DNA from: Candidatus Altiarchaeota archaeon
Lineage (GTDB): Archaea; Altiarchaeota; Altiarchaeia; IMC4; QMZM01
NCBI GenBank assembly: GCA_016931955.1
Contig: JAFGDV010000025.1
Location: 1 to 33,540, forward strand
Reading direction: 5' to 3'
DNA length: 33,540 nt
The notes under the pieces were generated by a model. The model made no database searches, was not told the DNA's origin, and saw only the letters and a program-made list of their open reading frames with translations. Shown piece by piece: positions 1 through 8,534 of this stretch (position 1 is the stretch's first letter; each line of letters starts with the position of its first letter). The translations under genes and the position numbers were made by a program.

Positions 1-2
1 AA

Positions 3-3000
3 GACCAGAATCTAAACTACACGAACATTTCAGTCTACGAAAACTTCGGATGCTACGACAACCAAACACAAATACTGACAAGAGAAGGATGGAAACACTT
101 CCAAGAACTAGAAGACGAAGAAGTGGCGACACTGAATCCGGAAAAAGGCTTAGAATGGCATAAACCAACAGAACACCAAACCTACGACTATAACGGAGAA
201 ATGTATGAGATCACACTAGAAGACAACACATCCCTACTAGTTTCACCAGAACATAGAGTCTATAGTAGAATAGAAGATCAGATTAATCTAAACAATTTCA
301 GCAATTCTTCGGTAGTATACACTTTGATTCCATACTTCTCCAATGCCTTTAATCTCCTCTCCTTAGACCAAAGCCCAACTGAAAGTTCAGAACTCTTAAA
401 CCAGAAACACAGAGCAGTATATGGAACATCCTTAACATGCGAAGACAATATATCAGCTGCTTTAGAACTGAAATCCTTGAATTTTTCTTCTTCGACAACC
501 TCCACAAACAAATTTAAGTGCTCTAGTACCTCATCAAATTCCCCCTCCGAGATCCTCGATTTCAAACAGATTTCTCCCTTGTGTTTAATTAATTCTTTAA
601 TACAAAGTGAAGGCGTATACAATTCAAATACTTCAAATGATGTTATTAACTGCCTTGTCGTGGACTCTCTCTTAAAGAATGAGAATAAAACATTCATATC
701 CACAACAAGTCTCATCTACAGCCACCCTTGCCTCTTCCACTCACTAATAATCTCCCCCTCAGCAGATCTAGAAAGCTTCGAACACTGTTCATCAGTTAAC
801 TCCGACTTCTCCAGTAACTTATCCACTCTCTTCAGAATCAGATCTCTCGTCAATCTAAGCCTCACCAATGACTTAATATCCGCCCGCAACTCAGATGCTG
901 TTGCCTTATCTAATCTAACACCCGGTAGCTTAACAACAATCTCCGCCATAAATACTAATACACAGAACAACTATTTAAATAAATTCACACTAATGAAGGT
1001 CTCCGAGATTTATGGAACCGATAAGCAGCTACTATTCTTAGACGGAAACCTGAACACTATAAAAGTCACAAAAATAGAGAAAACCTTATACTCTGGCAGA
1101 ATCTACGACGTCACCGTACGAAACCACATCATACTCATAAAAAGAGACGGCAAACCAATATGGAGCGGTAACTCCTACAGTTTAGTGAATTCAACAGTGA
1201 CCACCCAAAACGGAACATTCACAGTAACATTGGGCGTGCTGGCAGACGGCAACTATAACATCACCGCAACAACATACGACAACGCAACAAATTCTAACTC
1301 AGATTCTGTTATCGTAGCAGCAGACACCATAGCACCAACCACAAACGCAACAGCAATCAAAGATGATTCTTCTCCGTATACATTCAACACGTGGACGAAC
1401 TCATCCTATATCAACATAACACTGACATGCGACGACGGACTAGGAACAGGCTGTGATATGACACTCTACTGTATTGACGCAAGCAACTCCTGCGAACCCG
1501 ATAAAGCATATATGATTTCATGGGATTACAGGCAGCCAATCTCTTTCCTGAACACTGCAGGAAACCAGACAGATTATCAGGTGAAGATAAACCTAAATTC
1601 TTCAAATGTCGGCTCGAACTGGAACTGGACAAACAACGGAGACGACATAAGATTCACTTACTATAATTCCTCAAGCGACACAGAAGGATTAATCCCGTAC
1701 TGGATCGAGTCCTGGAACTCCACAACCAATATAACGCTAATCTGGGTGAACGTGCCTTTCATGGAGAACAACACAAACACAACAATCTATATGTACTATG
1801 GAAACCCATCGGCTGTTTCTATGAATGACGGCAACGCTACTTTCGTTTTCTTCGACGACTTCGCTGACGATGATATCTTAGATTGGGGAAAGGGAGGGGA
1901 TACATCCACTATCTCAGTTTCGGGAGGTGTCGTTACCATAAACGATCCCTCATCAGTTACATCCATCACTCACTCATTTAACGCTCTCTCCAGCGTTCGT
2001 CTGAGAGGTAGCTTCAAGACAAACATTGGCTGGGTTAGTCTTTCAACATCTGGAGACTGCTATGCTGTAGGCTACTGCTCTGGAGGAGGATGCGATGGCG
2101 GCCCAAACACAATCAACTACTACGGCTCAGATCTATTCTACCACTTAGTCGGTCCAGCGCCATACAACATCTTCCACACAGTTGAGATAAGGGATGCTAC
2201 TCCAAATGTCCAAAATACAGCTGATTACTCCGTCGACTTAACTGAGGTAACCAACAAAGATCAAGCCTCATTGACAGCGTCTGTGAACCAAGTCAGATTC
2301 CAAGCTAGCAACCTAAATGATCCCACAGCATATTTGGATTGGATCCTTATTGCAAAATATGGCTCACCCGAACCCGTAGCTTCCCTTGGCAGTGAAGAAA
2401 ACCAAACACCAGTAATCCAAGTCACGGCTGACGGAGTCTCTTACATCCGATTCAAATCCAATGATGTTGTAGAAAACACTGAATACACAAAGAACAAAAC
2501 AATAAAGATCGACTACACTCCGCCGAACATCACAATAGTGAATCCCACAAATAATACAAACCTCTCAGATGGTATAAGTTGGACCTGGATCAATATTTCC
2601 ACAGATGAAAACGCATCCTGCAGATACAACCTATCAGTCGCAGACTTCGACTACGCTACTCAGGGAACAACCTTCACCAACACCGGCGGAACAACACACT
2701 CATTCAACTACAGCGGGTTAACGGACGGACAAAACTACACCCTCTACTATAAATGCAATGATTCTACATTGGGCAACATTAATCCATCGTCGGTGATGCA
2801 TACTTTCGGAGTGAACCAGACTCTCGCAAACAACCCGCCAACTAAACCTTCTCTGAACAGCCCAGACAACGCATCCTACGTGAACAAAAACTATGCCATC
2901 CTGAATTGGACCTGCCTTGACTCAGACGGAGACAACATGACAGCATACGTCTACGGAGACAATTCTACGGCGACAACACTCATAAATACAACCACAAACT

Positions 3001-6000
3001 GCCAAAACGGCACATCATACACTTACAACTGGACCAACCTCAACGAAACCACCTACTACTGGAAAGTCACATGCAACGACAGCAGCCTAGCGAACACATC
3101 AGACACATACCAGTTCACGGCAGACTGGACTCCTCCGACCACCAATGTCTCGGCGATGGAAGACGACTCCTCCACTTATACATTCAACACATGGACAAAC
3201 TCCAGTTATGTAAACGTGACACTAAACTGCACTGATCCAGACTGCGACACAACACAATACTGCACAGAGCTTGTGAACGGTTGCGTGCCAAACACAGTCT
3301 ATTCTGTGCCAGTGCAGGTTGCAGCAGAAGGAACCACTTATATAAAGTTCAGAAGCAACGACAGCGCTGGTAATCTAGAAGACATAAAGAATAAGACGAT
3401 AAGAATAGACTCAACAGCTCCAACCACTAACGCCACAGCGGTCAAAGACGACGGCTCACCTTACACCTTCGACACATGGACGAATTCAAGTTATGTAGGC
3501 ATAAATCTAAACTGTTCCGATAGTTCAGGAGCTGGCTGTGATAAAACACTATACTGCATAGATAACAACAACAGCTGTGACCCAGGTATAGACCGGGATT
3601 ATTGGAACTCTTGGGGATATAAGAAGATTATCGTAATCTCAGAAACAGATAACGCAGACAGAACAAAAAGACCGATTGAAGTCAACGTAACCGGCCTTAA
3701 ACTTCTTACTGATAATTGCACCAAAGAGATAAGAGTTGTTGATGAAAATAACAAAGAAGTGCCTTCCCAAGTTATTGATTCAGGAGGCCAAACGCTACCA
3801 GAAGGAAGTCAGTGGTGTAAGATAGCATTTTTAGTCGATGTTTCGGCAAATTCCCGTACAAGCTACTCCGTCTACTACGCTAATTCAGAAGCTACAGCAC
3901 CCAACTACACTTCATCCAGTGATCTAAGTATCAATGAAGGCAGTGGAACTCTTACAGCAGAAACAGCTTATTACCGATTAAGACTTCAGTCAAACGGCAT
4001 GTATGGAGACACGTGGTACGATAAATCCCATGCAGAGAATATCCTAACAGTTTCTAATTTAGGAGAAGGCACACCAAGGGAGTTTTATACAAATGTTGGA
4101 GGAGCTGATGATGTAGAACCCTACGTTAACAACTACATAACAGGCGCGTATTCCTGTAACTTAGAGAGAGGCGCGCTAAGAACAGTTTACACTTGCTCGA
4201 TCACAGACTACAACGTAGCAGGCATGAAAGTGAACAATACAAAGACGTTCATTTTCTGGACGAACCAGAGCTACTTCGAGTACAAAAACGAGCTCTGGTG
4301 CAATCAAACCAACTGTAATGGAACCTTAATCACGGCACATCTGGATTGGCCAGCAGATTGTAATAACGAACAATTTTACAACGGAACGTATGTATCCAGC
4401 GGCGGAAATAACGAGGTCACAAACAATCCATCCGAAGGATTAATCTGCACTTGGATCCATTGCAGAGAACAATATGCATGCCTATGGGCCCCTCCAAGAT
4501 ATTCAAACGACCTGCATTGGTTAAGATTCGGCTATAATAGTGACGCAGACACCACTGTTTGGTGGTCCCAGCACATGCACTCCAAGTGGATTTCAAACAC
4601 GAATAAGGTCGAAGCCAGAGTCGCGTTGTGGGTTGAATATAATGATTCCCAGCCATCTCTTCTAGACTACCAGAACATTGTAGACCCAGAATTTAAAGAA
4701 TACGCCAAAAATTTAAGCGTAGAAATCAGTAATGAAATGGATTCTTCAGTTATACAAATCACTCAAGAAGGGGCCTCATATATCCGATACAGAAGCAACG
4801 ACACTCTGGGGAACCTGGAAACAACGCAGTCAAAGACTATCAGGATAGACTATAGTCCGCCACAGATCACTTTAGTGTACCCCATAAACAACACCAACCT
4901 GTCAGCTGGGACCACGTGGACGTGGATAAACATAAGCACAGACGAGAACGCAGTCTGCAAATACAACCTAACAACTGCAGCATTCGACTACGGAACACAG
5001 GGGACACAGTTCACGACAACTGGAGGAACAACTCACTCATTCAATTATCTTGGACTAAGCGACGGACAAAACTACACCCTCTACTATAAATGCAATGATT
5101 CAACAGTAGGGAACATAAATCCAAGTTCAATAATGCACGCCTTCGGAGTGAACCCAACACCAAATAGACCACCCAACAAACCCTCTCTCAACAGCCCAGC
5201 GAACGGAGCAGGAAACCAGAATCTTTCACCGACACTGAATGTCACAGTAACAGACCCAGACGCAGACCAGATGAACGTATTATTCTACAACAACGCGACT
5301 GGAACACAGATAGGGATAACACAAGTAAATGTGGCAAATGGAAGCACGGCAACAGTGACATGGTTGAATCTGAACTATGGAACAACCTATGGATGGTATG
5401 CGAATGCCACAGACGGAGAATACATGAACAAAAGCGACGTGTGGAGTTTCACGACAAGGTCTGCGCCAGGCTTCACAGTAAACCTGAACACACCAGAAAA
5501 CCAGACCAAGACAAACGATAATACAACCGACTTCAACTTCAATGTTACGGGGACAGAAACCATATACAATTGCACGCTGAAAGTAGACAACATAGACAGA
5601 GGAAACAACGACTCAGTGCAGAACAATACTCCCACGACGATTACTTCAACACCGCTCACAGACGGAGCACACAACTGGCACATAAACTGCACCACAGGTG
5701 GACTAACAAACAAGAGCGAGATACGGCAGATAACAGTAGACACTCAGCCGCCGAATGTGACCTTGCAGTCTCCATTTAATGGAAGCACGGACCTGGATGG
5801 GAACCTGACGTTCACCTACCATGTGAGAGATAATCTGGCAAACAACCTAAACTGCACACTATATACAGATATTAATGGTCCATGGCAGCCCAACCAAAGC
5901 CAGAATACAACGAATAACAGCGTAGACACATTCACATTGAATAACACAGGAGACGGCGTCTACGAGTGGAACATACGATGCAGTGACGGAGTGAATCAAG

Positions 6001-8534
6001 CATATGCGCCGGCGAACTATGAAATAACAGTGGATACGGGAACGCCTGAACTGACCCTCAGCTCAACAGATATTGTCTTCTCCAACCCAACACCTCAAAC
6101 AGGGCAGACGATAACGATAACAATAACGGCACACAACCTTGGAGGAATAACGGCGAACAACTATACAGTAGAATTCCTATTAAATGGAATCACACAAGCG
6201 AACAAGACACTGACAACAAGAGCGTATTCGACAAACACGACAACCTTCCAGTGGAACACGACACTTGGAACACACACAATAATGATGGCATTAGACCCGG
6301 AAGACAACATAGCAGAAGTGGATGAAACAAACAACAATGCAACACAGCAGATCACAGTATCTAACCCAGCACCTCCACCCAAGGAATACCTGCACATCTC
6401 TACTTCAGGGAACTGCGTGAACAAGCAGGTAACGATAACGGTAGAAGACGACGACAGCGCCCCAGTACCCAGTGTGAGCGTAGACGTCTACTTCGATGGC
6501 TCAAAAATAGAAAGCAAGACAACCGGATCAAACGGACAAACAACATTCATACCAGAAAACACTGGAACACACACGATAAAGGCAGAGAAGTCAGGGTATG
6601 AACCAGATGAGAAAGACATAACTATATCTTCATGTGAGTCATGCACTGACGGAATAAAGAACCAGGATGAATCAGACACAGACTGCGGAGGCTCTTGCCC
6701 GAAATGCGGGGACGGGAAAAACTGCTCAACAGATGTGGACTGCAGCTCAAGATGGTGCTACAACGGAGTATGCACAACCTCAACCTGCTTCGACGGAATA
6801 CAGGGTCCCGGAGAACTTGGGATAGACTGCGGCGGACCATGCACGCCATGCCCAAGCTGCAACGACAGCATCCTGAACCAGGATGAATCAGACGTGGACT
6901 GCGGAGGTTCTTGTCCGAAATGCGGGGACGGGAAAAACTGCTCAACAGATGTGGACTGCAGCTCAGGATGGTGCTACAATGGTGTGTGCACGACACCCAG
7001 CTGCTTCGACGGCGTCATGAACCAGGACGAGACAAGCATAGACTGCGGCGGAGTCTGCCATGGATGCACGGAAGGAGAACCCTGTTTGATAGATAGGGAC
7101 TGCCTGAGCGGATGGTGCTATAATGGAACATGCACAATACCCACATGCTTCGACGGATTACTGAACCAGAATGAGACAGGAGTGGACTGCGGAGGGCCTT
7201 GTATAGAATGCCACTGCCTGAATGGGGTGTTAGACGAAAACGAAACCGAGGTGGACTGCGGAGGAAGCTGTCCACCATGCGGCTGCATGAACAGGGTAAT
7301 GGATGGAAATGAGACAGATATTGACTGCGGGGGAGAATGCCCTAAATGCACGGAAGGAAGAAGCTGTCTGATAGATGGAGACTGCACCACAGGGTGGTGC
7401 TACAACGGAATATGCTCCATCTCAAGCTGCAACGACAGGATACAGGGGCCAGGAGAGGGAGGGATAGACTGCGGCGGACCATGCACGCCATGCCACTGCC
7501 TCGACAACACGCAAAACGAGGGAGAGGAAGGCGTGGACTGCGGCGGAGAATGCCCCCCATGCAGGCTCATAAGGATCACAACAAACGAAACAGAAACAGG
7601 GGAAATCACCACCATACTCTACAACGCCTCAAGCGTCTGCCTGAACAACAAAAAAGATGCTGGAGAAACAGACATAGACTGCGGAGGACACTGTCCCCCA
7701 TGTAAGGCGAACAAGACCTGTCTAAACAACACAGACTGCCTCTCAGGATGGTGCTATGAAGGCATCTGTAGGATCACCAGATGCGACGACCATATAAAAG
7801 GACCTAGAGAAAACAAAACAGACTGCGGTGGACCATGCGCAGAATGCCCATGGATAAAATTAGACACCCGATGCTACTTGGGAGAAAACCTCACAATAGT
7901 AGTAATAAACCCAATGAAAGAACTACTCCTCACAATAAAAACACCCAAAGGGGAGACACTGGAATACAATATGAGTAAGAGGGGGTTGGAAACCTATCAG
8001 GTGATAACCTACGAACCCAAAGAGGAGGGACTGCATCTGCTGGAGATACAAGAATACGACCAAAGATACGTCAATGTGAGGAGGAAACCGCTAATACCAA
8101 TCCTAGAAGACATACCAGAGGAAGTGAAAAGCCTCTTCATCCCACTGCTACTGATGGGGTTATTCACGTACTGGTGGAGGAAAAGACGGACGGCTATCGT
8201 AATAGATGAATCCGTAATCAAAAAGCTCACAGAAGACCCCACATTAGCCAAAAAATACAGGAGGATTTACACAGCCACAGAAACATGGAAAGACCTAACA
8301 GAGATAAAAGAATTAGTCTTCATAGAACTCACAGAAGCTGAGATAGACGAAGCAGAGAACCTATCGGACAGATATGGGATACTAGTCAAGGACGCGAGAA
8401 CATTGATGCTATGCAGGAGGCTGAGGGCTAAGAAACTCATAACCGGAACAGAATTCCCGGAGGAGATCAGGGAAAACTTTGAAGGCACAAAGATAACAAA
8501 CATAGAAAAAGAACTAAAACAGAAAAGACTATAA
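3..8534 (+). CDS. Giant membrane-anchored surface glycoprotein, 5'-partial (intein, Ig-like repeats, DUF2341-like inserts, CARDB, Cys-rich repeats, TM helix, PIN-like tail)
   Basis: Frame is open from nt 3 (DQNLNYTNISVYENFGCYDN...), so the GTG at 123 is internal. Very many N-x-S/T sequons, repeated D..PP...P.N Ig-like starts, and a hydrophobic helix at 8130-8177 followed by RKRR. Confidence 0.9.
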   Translation, partial: DQNLNYTNISVYENFGCYDNQTQILTREGWKHFQELEDEEVATLNPEKGLEWHKPTEHQTYDYNGEMYEITLEDNTSLLVSPEHRVYSRIEDQINLNNFSNSSVVYTLIPYFSNAFNLLSLDQSPTESSELLNQKHRAVYGTSLTCEDNISAALELKSLNFSSSTTSTNKFKCSSTSSNSPSEILDFKQISPLCLINSLIQSEGVYNSNTSNDVINCLVVDSLLKNENKTFISTTSLIYSHPCLFHSLIISPSADLESFEHCSSVNSDFSSNLSTLFRIRSLVNLSLTNDLISARNSDAVALSNLTPGSLTTISAINTNTQNNYLNKFTLMKVSEIYGTDKQLLFLDGNLNTIKVTKIEKTLYSGRIYDVTVRNHIILIKRDGKPIWSGNSYSLVNSTVTTQNGTFTVTLGVLADGNYNITATTYDNATNSNSDSVIVAADTIAPTTNATAIKDDSSPYTFNTWTNSSYINITLTCDDGLGTGCDMTLYCIDASNSCEPDKAYMISWDYRQPISFLNTAGNQTDYQVKINLNSSNVGSNWNWTNNGDDIRFTYYNSSSDTEGLIPYWIESWNSTTNITLIWVNVPFMENNTNTTIYMYYGNPSAVSMNDGNATFVFFDDFADDDILDWGKGGDTSTISVSGGVVTINDPSSVTSITHSFNALSSVRLRGSFKTNIGWVSLSTSGDCYAVGYCSGGGCDGGPNTINYYGSDLFYHLVGPAPYNIFHTVEIRDATPNVQNTADYSVDLTEVTNKDQASLTASVNQVRFQASNLNDPTAYLDWILIAKYGSPEPVASLGSEENQTPVIQVTADGVSYIRFKSNDVVENTEYTKNKTIKIDYTPPNITIVNPTNNTNLSDGISWTWINISTDENASCRYNLSVADFDYATQGTTFTNTGGTTHSFNYSGLTDGQNYTLYYKCNDSTLGNINPSSVMHTFGVNQTLANNPPTKPSLNSPDNASYVNKNYAILNWTCLDSDGDNMTAYVYGDNSTATTLINTTTNCQNGTSYTYNWTNLNETTYYWKVTCNDSSLANTSDTYQFTADWTPPTTNVSAMEDDSSTYTFNTWTNSSYVNVTLNCTDPDCDTTQYCTELVNGCVPNTVYSVPVQVAAEGTTYIKFRSNDSAGNLEDIKNKTIRIDSTAPTTNATAVKDDGSPYTFDTWTNSSYVGINLNCSDSSGAGCDKTLYCIDNNNSCDPGIDRDYWNSWGYKKIIVISETDNADRTKRPIEVNVTGLKLLTDNCTKEIRVVDENNKEVPSQVIDSGGQTLPEGSQWCKIAFLVDVSANSRTSYSVYYANSEATAPNYTSSSDLSINEGSGTLTAETAYYRLRLQSNGMYGDTWYDKSHAENILTVSNLGEGTPREFYTNVGGADDVEPYVNNYITGAYSCNLERGALRTVYTCSITDYNVAGMKVNNTKTFIFWTNQSYFEYKNELWCNQTNCNGTLITAHLDWPADCNNEQFYNGTYVSSGGNNEVTNNPSEGLICTWIHCREQYACLWAPPRYSNDLHWLRFGYNSDADTTVWWSQHMHSKWISNTNKVEARVALWVEYNDSQPSLLDYQNIVDPEFKEYAKNLSVEISNEMDSSVIQITQEGASYIRYRSNDTLGNLETTQSKTIRIDYSPPQITLVYPINNTNLSAGTTWTWINISTDENAVCKYNLTTAAFDYGTQGTQFTTTGGTTHSFNYLGLSDGQNYTLYYKCNDSTVGNINPSSIMHAFGVNPTPNRPPNKPSLNSPANGAGNQNLSPTLNVTVTDPDADQMNVLFYNNATGTQIGITQVNVANGSTATVTWLNLNYGTTYGWYANATDGEYMNKSDVWSFTTRSAPGFTVNLNTPENQTKTNDNTTDFNFNVTGTETIYNCTLKVDNIDRGNNDSVQNNTPTTITSTPLTDGAHNWHINCTTGGLTNKSEIRQITVDTQPPNVTLQSPFNGSTDLDGNLTFTYHVRDNLANNLNCTLYTDINGPWQPNQSQNTTNNSVDTFTLNNTGDGVYEWNIRCSDGVNQAYAPANYEITVDTGTPELTLSSTDIVFSNPTPQTGQTITITITAHNLGGITANNYTVEFLLNGITQANKTLTTRAYSTNTTTFQWNTTLGTHTIMMALDPEDNIAEVDETNNNATQQITVSNPAPPPKEYLHISTSGNCVNKQVTITVEDDDSAPVPSVSVDVYFDGSKIESKTTGSNGQTTFIPENTGTHTIKAEKSGYEPDEKDITISSCESCTDGIKNQDESDTDCGGSCPKCGDGKNCSTDVDCSSRWCYNGVCTTSTCFDGIQGPGELGIDCGGPCTPCPSCNDSILNQDESDVDCGGSCPKCGDGKNCSTDVDCSSGWCYNGVCTTPSCFDGVMNQDETSIDCGGVCHGCTEGEPCLIDRDCLSGWCYNGTCTIPTCFDGLLNQNETGVDCGGPCIECHCLNGVLDENETEVDCGGSCPPCGCMNRVMDGNETDIDCGGECPKCTEGRSCLIDGDCTTGWCYNGICSISSCNDRIQGPGEGGIDCGGPCTPCHCLDNTQNEGEEGVDCGGECPPCRLIRITTNETETGEITTILYNASSVCLNNKKDAGETDIDCGGHCPPCKANKTCLNNTDCLSGWCYEGICRITRCDDHIKGPRENKTDCGGPCAECPWIKLDTRCYLGENLTIVVINPMKELLLTIKTPKGETLEYNMSKRGLETYQVITYEPKEEGLHLLEIQEYDQRYVNVRRKPLIPILEDIPEEVKSLFIPLLLMGLFTYWWRKRRTAIVIDESVIKKLTEDPTLAKKYRRIYTATETWKDLTEIKELVFIELTEAEIDEAENLSDRYGILVKDARTLMLCRRLRAKKLITGTEFPEEIRENFEGTKITNIEKELKQKRL
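278..715 (-). CDS. PIN-domain ribonuclease (VapC-like toxin), nested antisense inside the intein
   Basis: PIN motifs RLVVDMNVLFS, KEL, KDVPYTAL, LWSKERRL and the typical tail GIKVYTTEELL; 145 aa; ATG directly abuts the TAG of the upstream gene. Confidence 0.88.
   Translation of the reverse strand: MRLVVDMNVLFSFFKRESTTRQLITSFEVFELYTPSLCIKELIKHKGEICLKSRISEGEFDEVLEHLNLFVEVVEEEKFKDFSSKAADILSSHVKDVPYTALCFWFKSSELSVGLWSKERRLKALEKYGIKVYTTEELLKLFRLI
716..949 (-). CDS. Putative antitoxin (77 aa) upstream of the PIN gene, nested antisense inside the intein
   Basis: MAEIVVKLP...LLEKSELTDEQCSKLSRSAEGEI; small and charged, immediately 5' of the PIN gene (TAG-ATG junction). ATG at 949 is preferred over TTG at 970 because of TATA spacing. 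Confidence 0.75.
   Translation of the reverse strand: MAEIVVKLPGVRLDKATASELRADIKSLVRLRLTRDLILKRVDKLLEKSELTDEQCSKLSRSAEGEIISEWKRQGWL
972..979 (-). promoter_or_regulatory. Archaeal TATA box for the nested antitoxin-toxin operon
   Basis: Minus strand reads TTTAAATA 23-30 nt upstream of ATG 949, the spacing expected for a leaderless archaeal transcript. Confidence 0.65.
1521..1865 (+). other. DUF2341-like domain within the giant protein
   Basis: WDYRQPI...DYQVKINL...GDDIRFT...IPYWIESW...IWVNVP...TIYMYYGNP...GNATFVFFDDF matches the DUF2341 signature. Confidence 0.8.
2511..5200 (+). repeat. Internal duplication of a ~115-aa Ig-like module (copies at ~2511-2865 and ~4848-5200)
   Basis: Both copies read WTWINISTDENA.C.YNL...FDY.TQGT.FT.TGGTTHSFNY.GL.DGQNYTLYYKCNDST.GNINPSS.MH.FGVN...PP.KPSLNSP. 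They share an identical DNA run, gacggacaaaactacaccctctactataaatgcaatgattc. Confidence 0.9.
6045..6359 (+). other. CARDB (cell-adhesion Ig-like) domain within the giant protein
   Basis: PELTLSSTDIVFSNPTPQTGQTITITITAHNLG...DPEDNIAEVDETNNNAT is the CARDB pattern. Confidence 0.85.
6633..7847 (+). repeat. Cys-rich tandem repeat region (11 x C.D...N..E..IDCGG.C..C, 5 x C....DC...WCY.G.C)
   Basis: Counted in the translation. DNA at ~6659-6775 and ~6875-6990 is nearly identical (216-nt offset). Confidence 0.92.

Larger units (their letters stand above)
51..1172 (+). mobile_element. Intein (Hint domain), 374 aa, without homing endonuclease but with a ~238-codon internal insert
   Basis: Block A CYDNQTQILTREGW (TGC at 51), block B LLVSPEHRVY, block F YSGRIYDVTV, block G ...PIWSGN (AAC 1170-1172), followed by Ser +1 (TCC 1173). 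No LAGLIDADG or HNH motif is visible. Confidence 0.9.

Noticed and set aside
123-125. GTG 123 as start of the giant ORF
   Set aside because: The frame is open back to nt 3 and intein block A (Cys at 51) lies upstream, so the gene starts before the window.
270-983. Homing endonuclease inside the intein
   Set aside because: No LAGLIDADG or HNH motifs; the + translation looks like the antisense shadow of the minus-strand genes.
6633-7847. Cys-rich repeats as multiheme cytochrome or DGR template/variable repeats
   Set aside because: No repeated CxxCH pattern apart from incidental CxxCH at two junctions. Repeat differences are not adenine-specific, and there is no reverse transcriptase in the window.
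5387-8503. Many short alternative-frame and antisense ORFs within the giant gene
   Set aside because: No domain motifs or operon logic. They are expected shadows of biased, repetitive coding sequence, unlike the PIN pair at 278-949.
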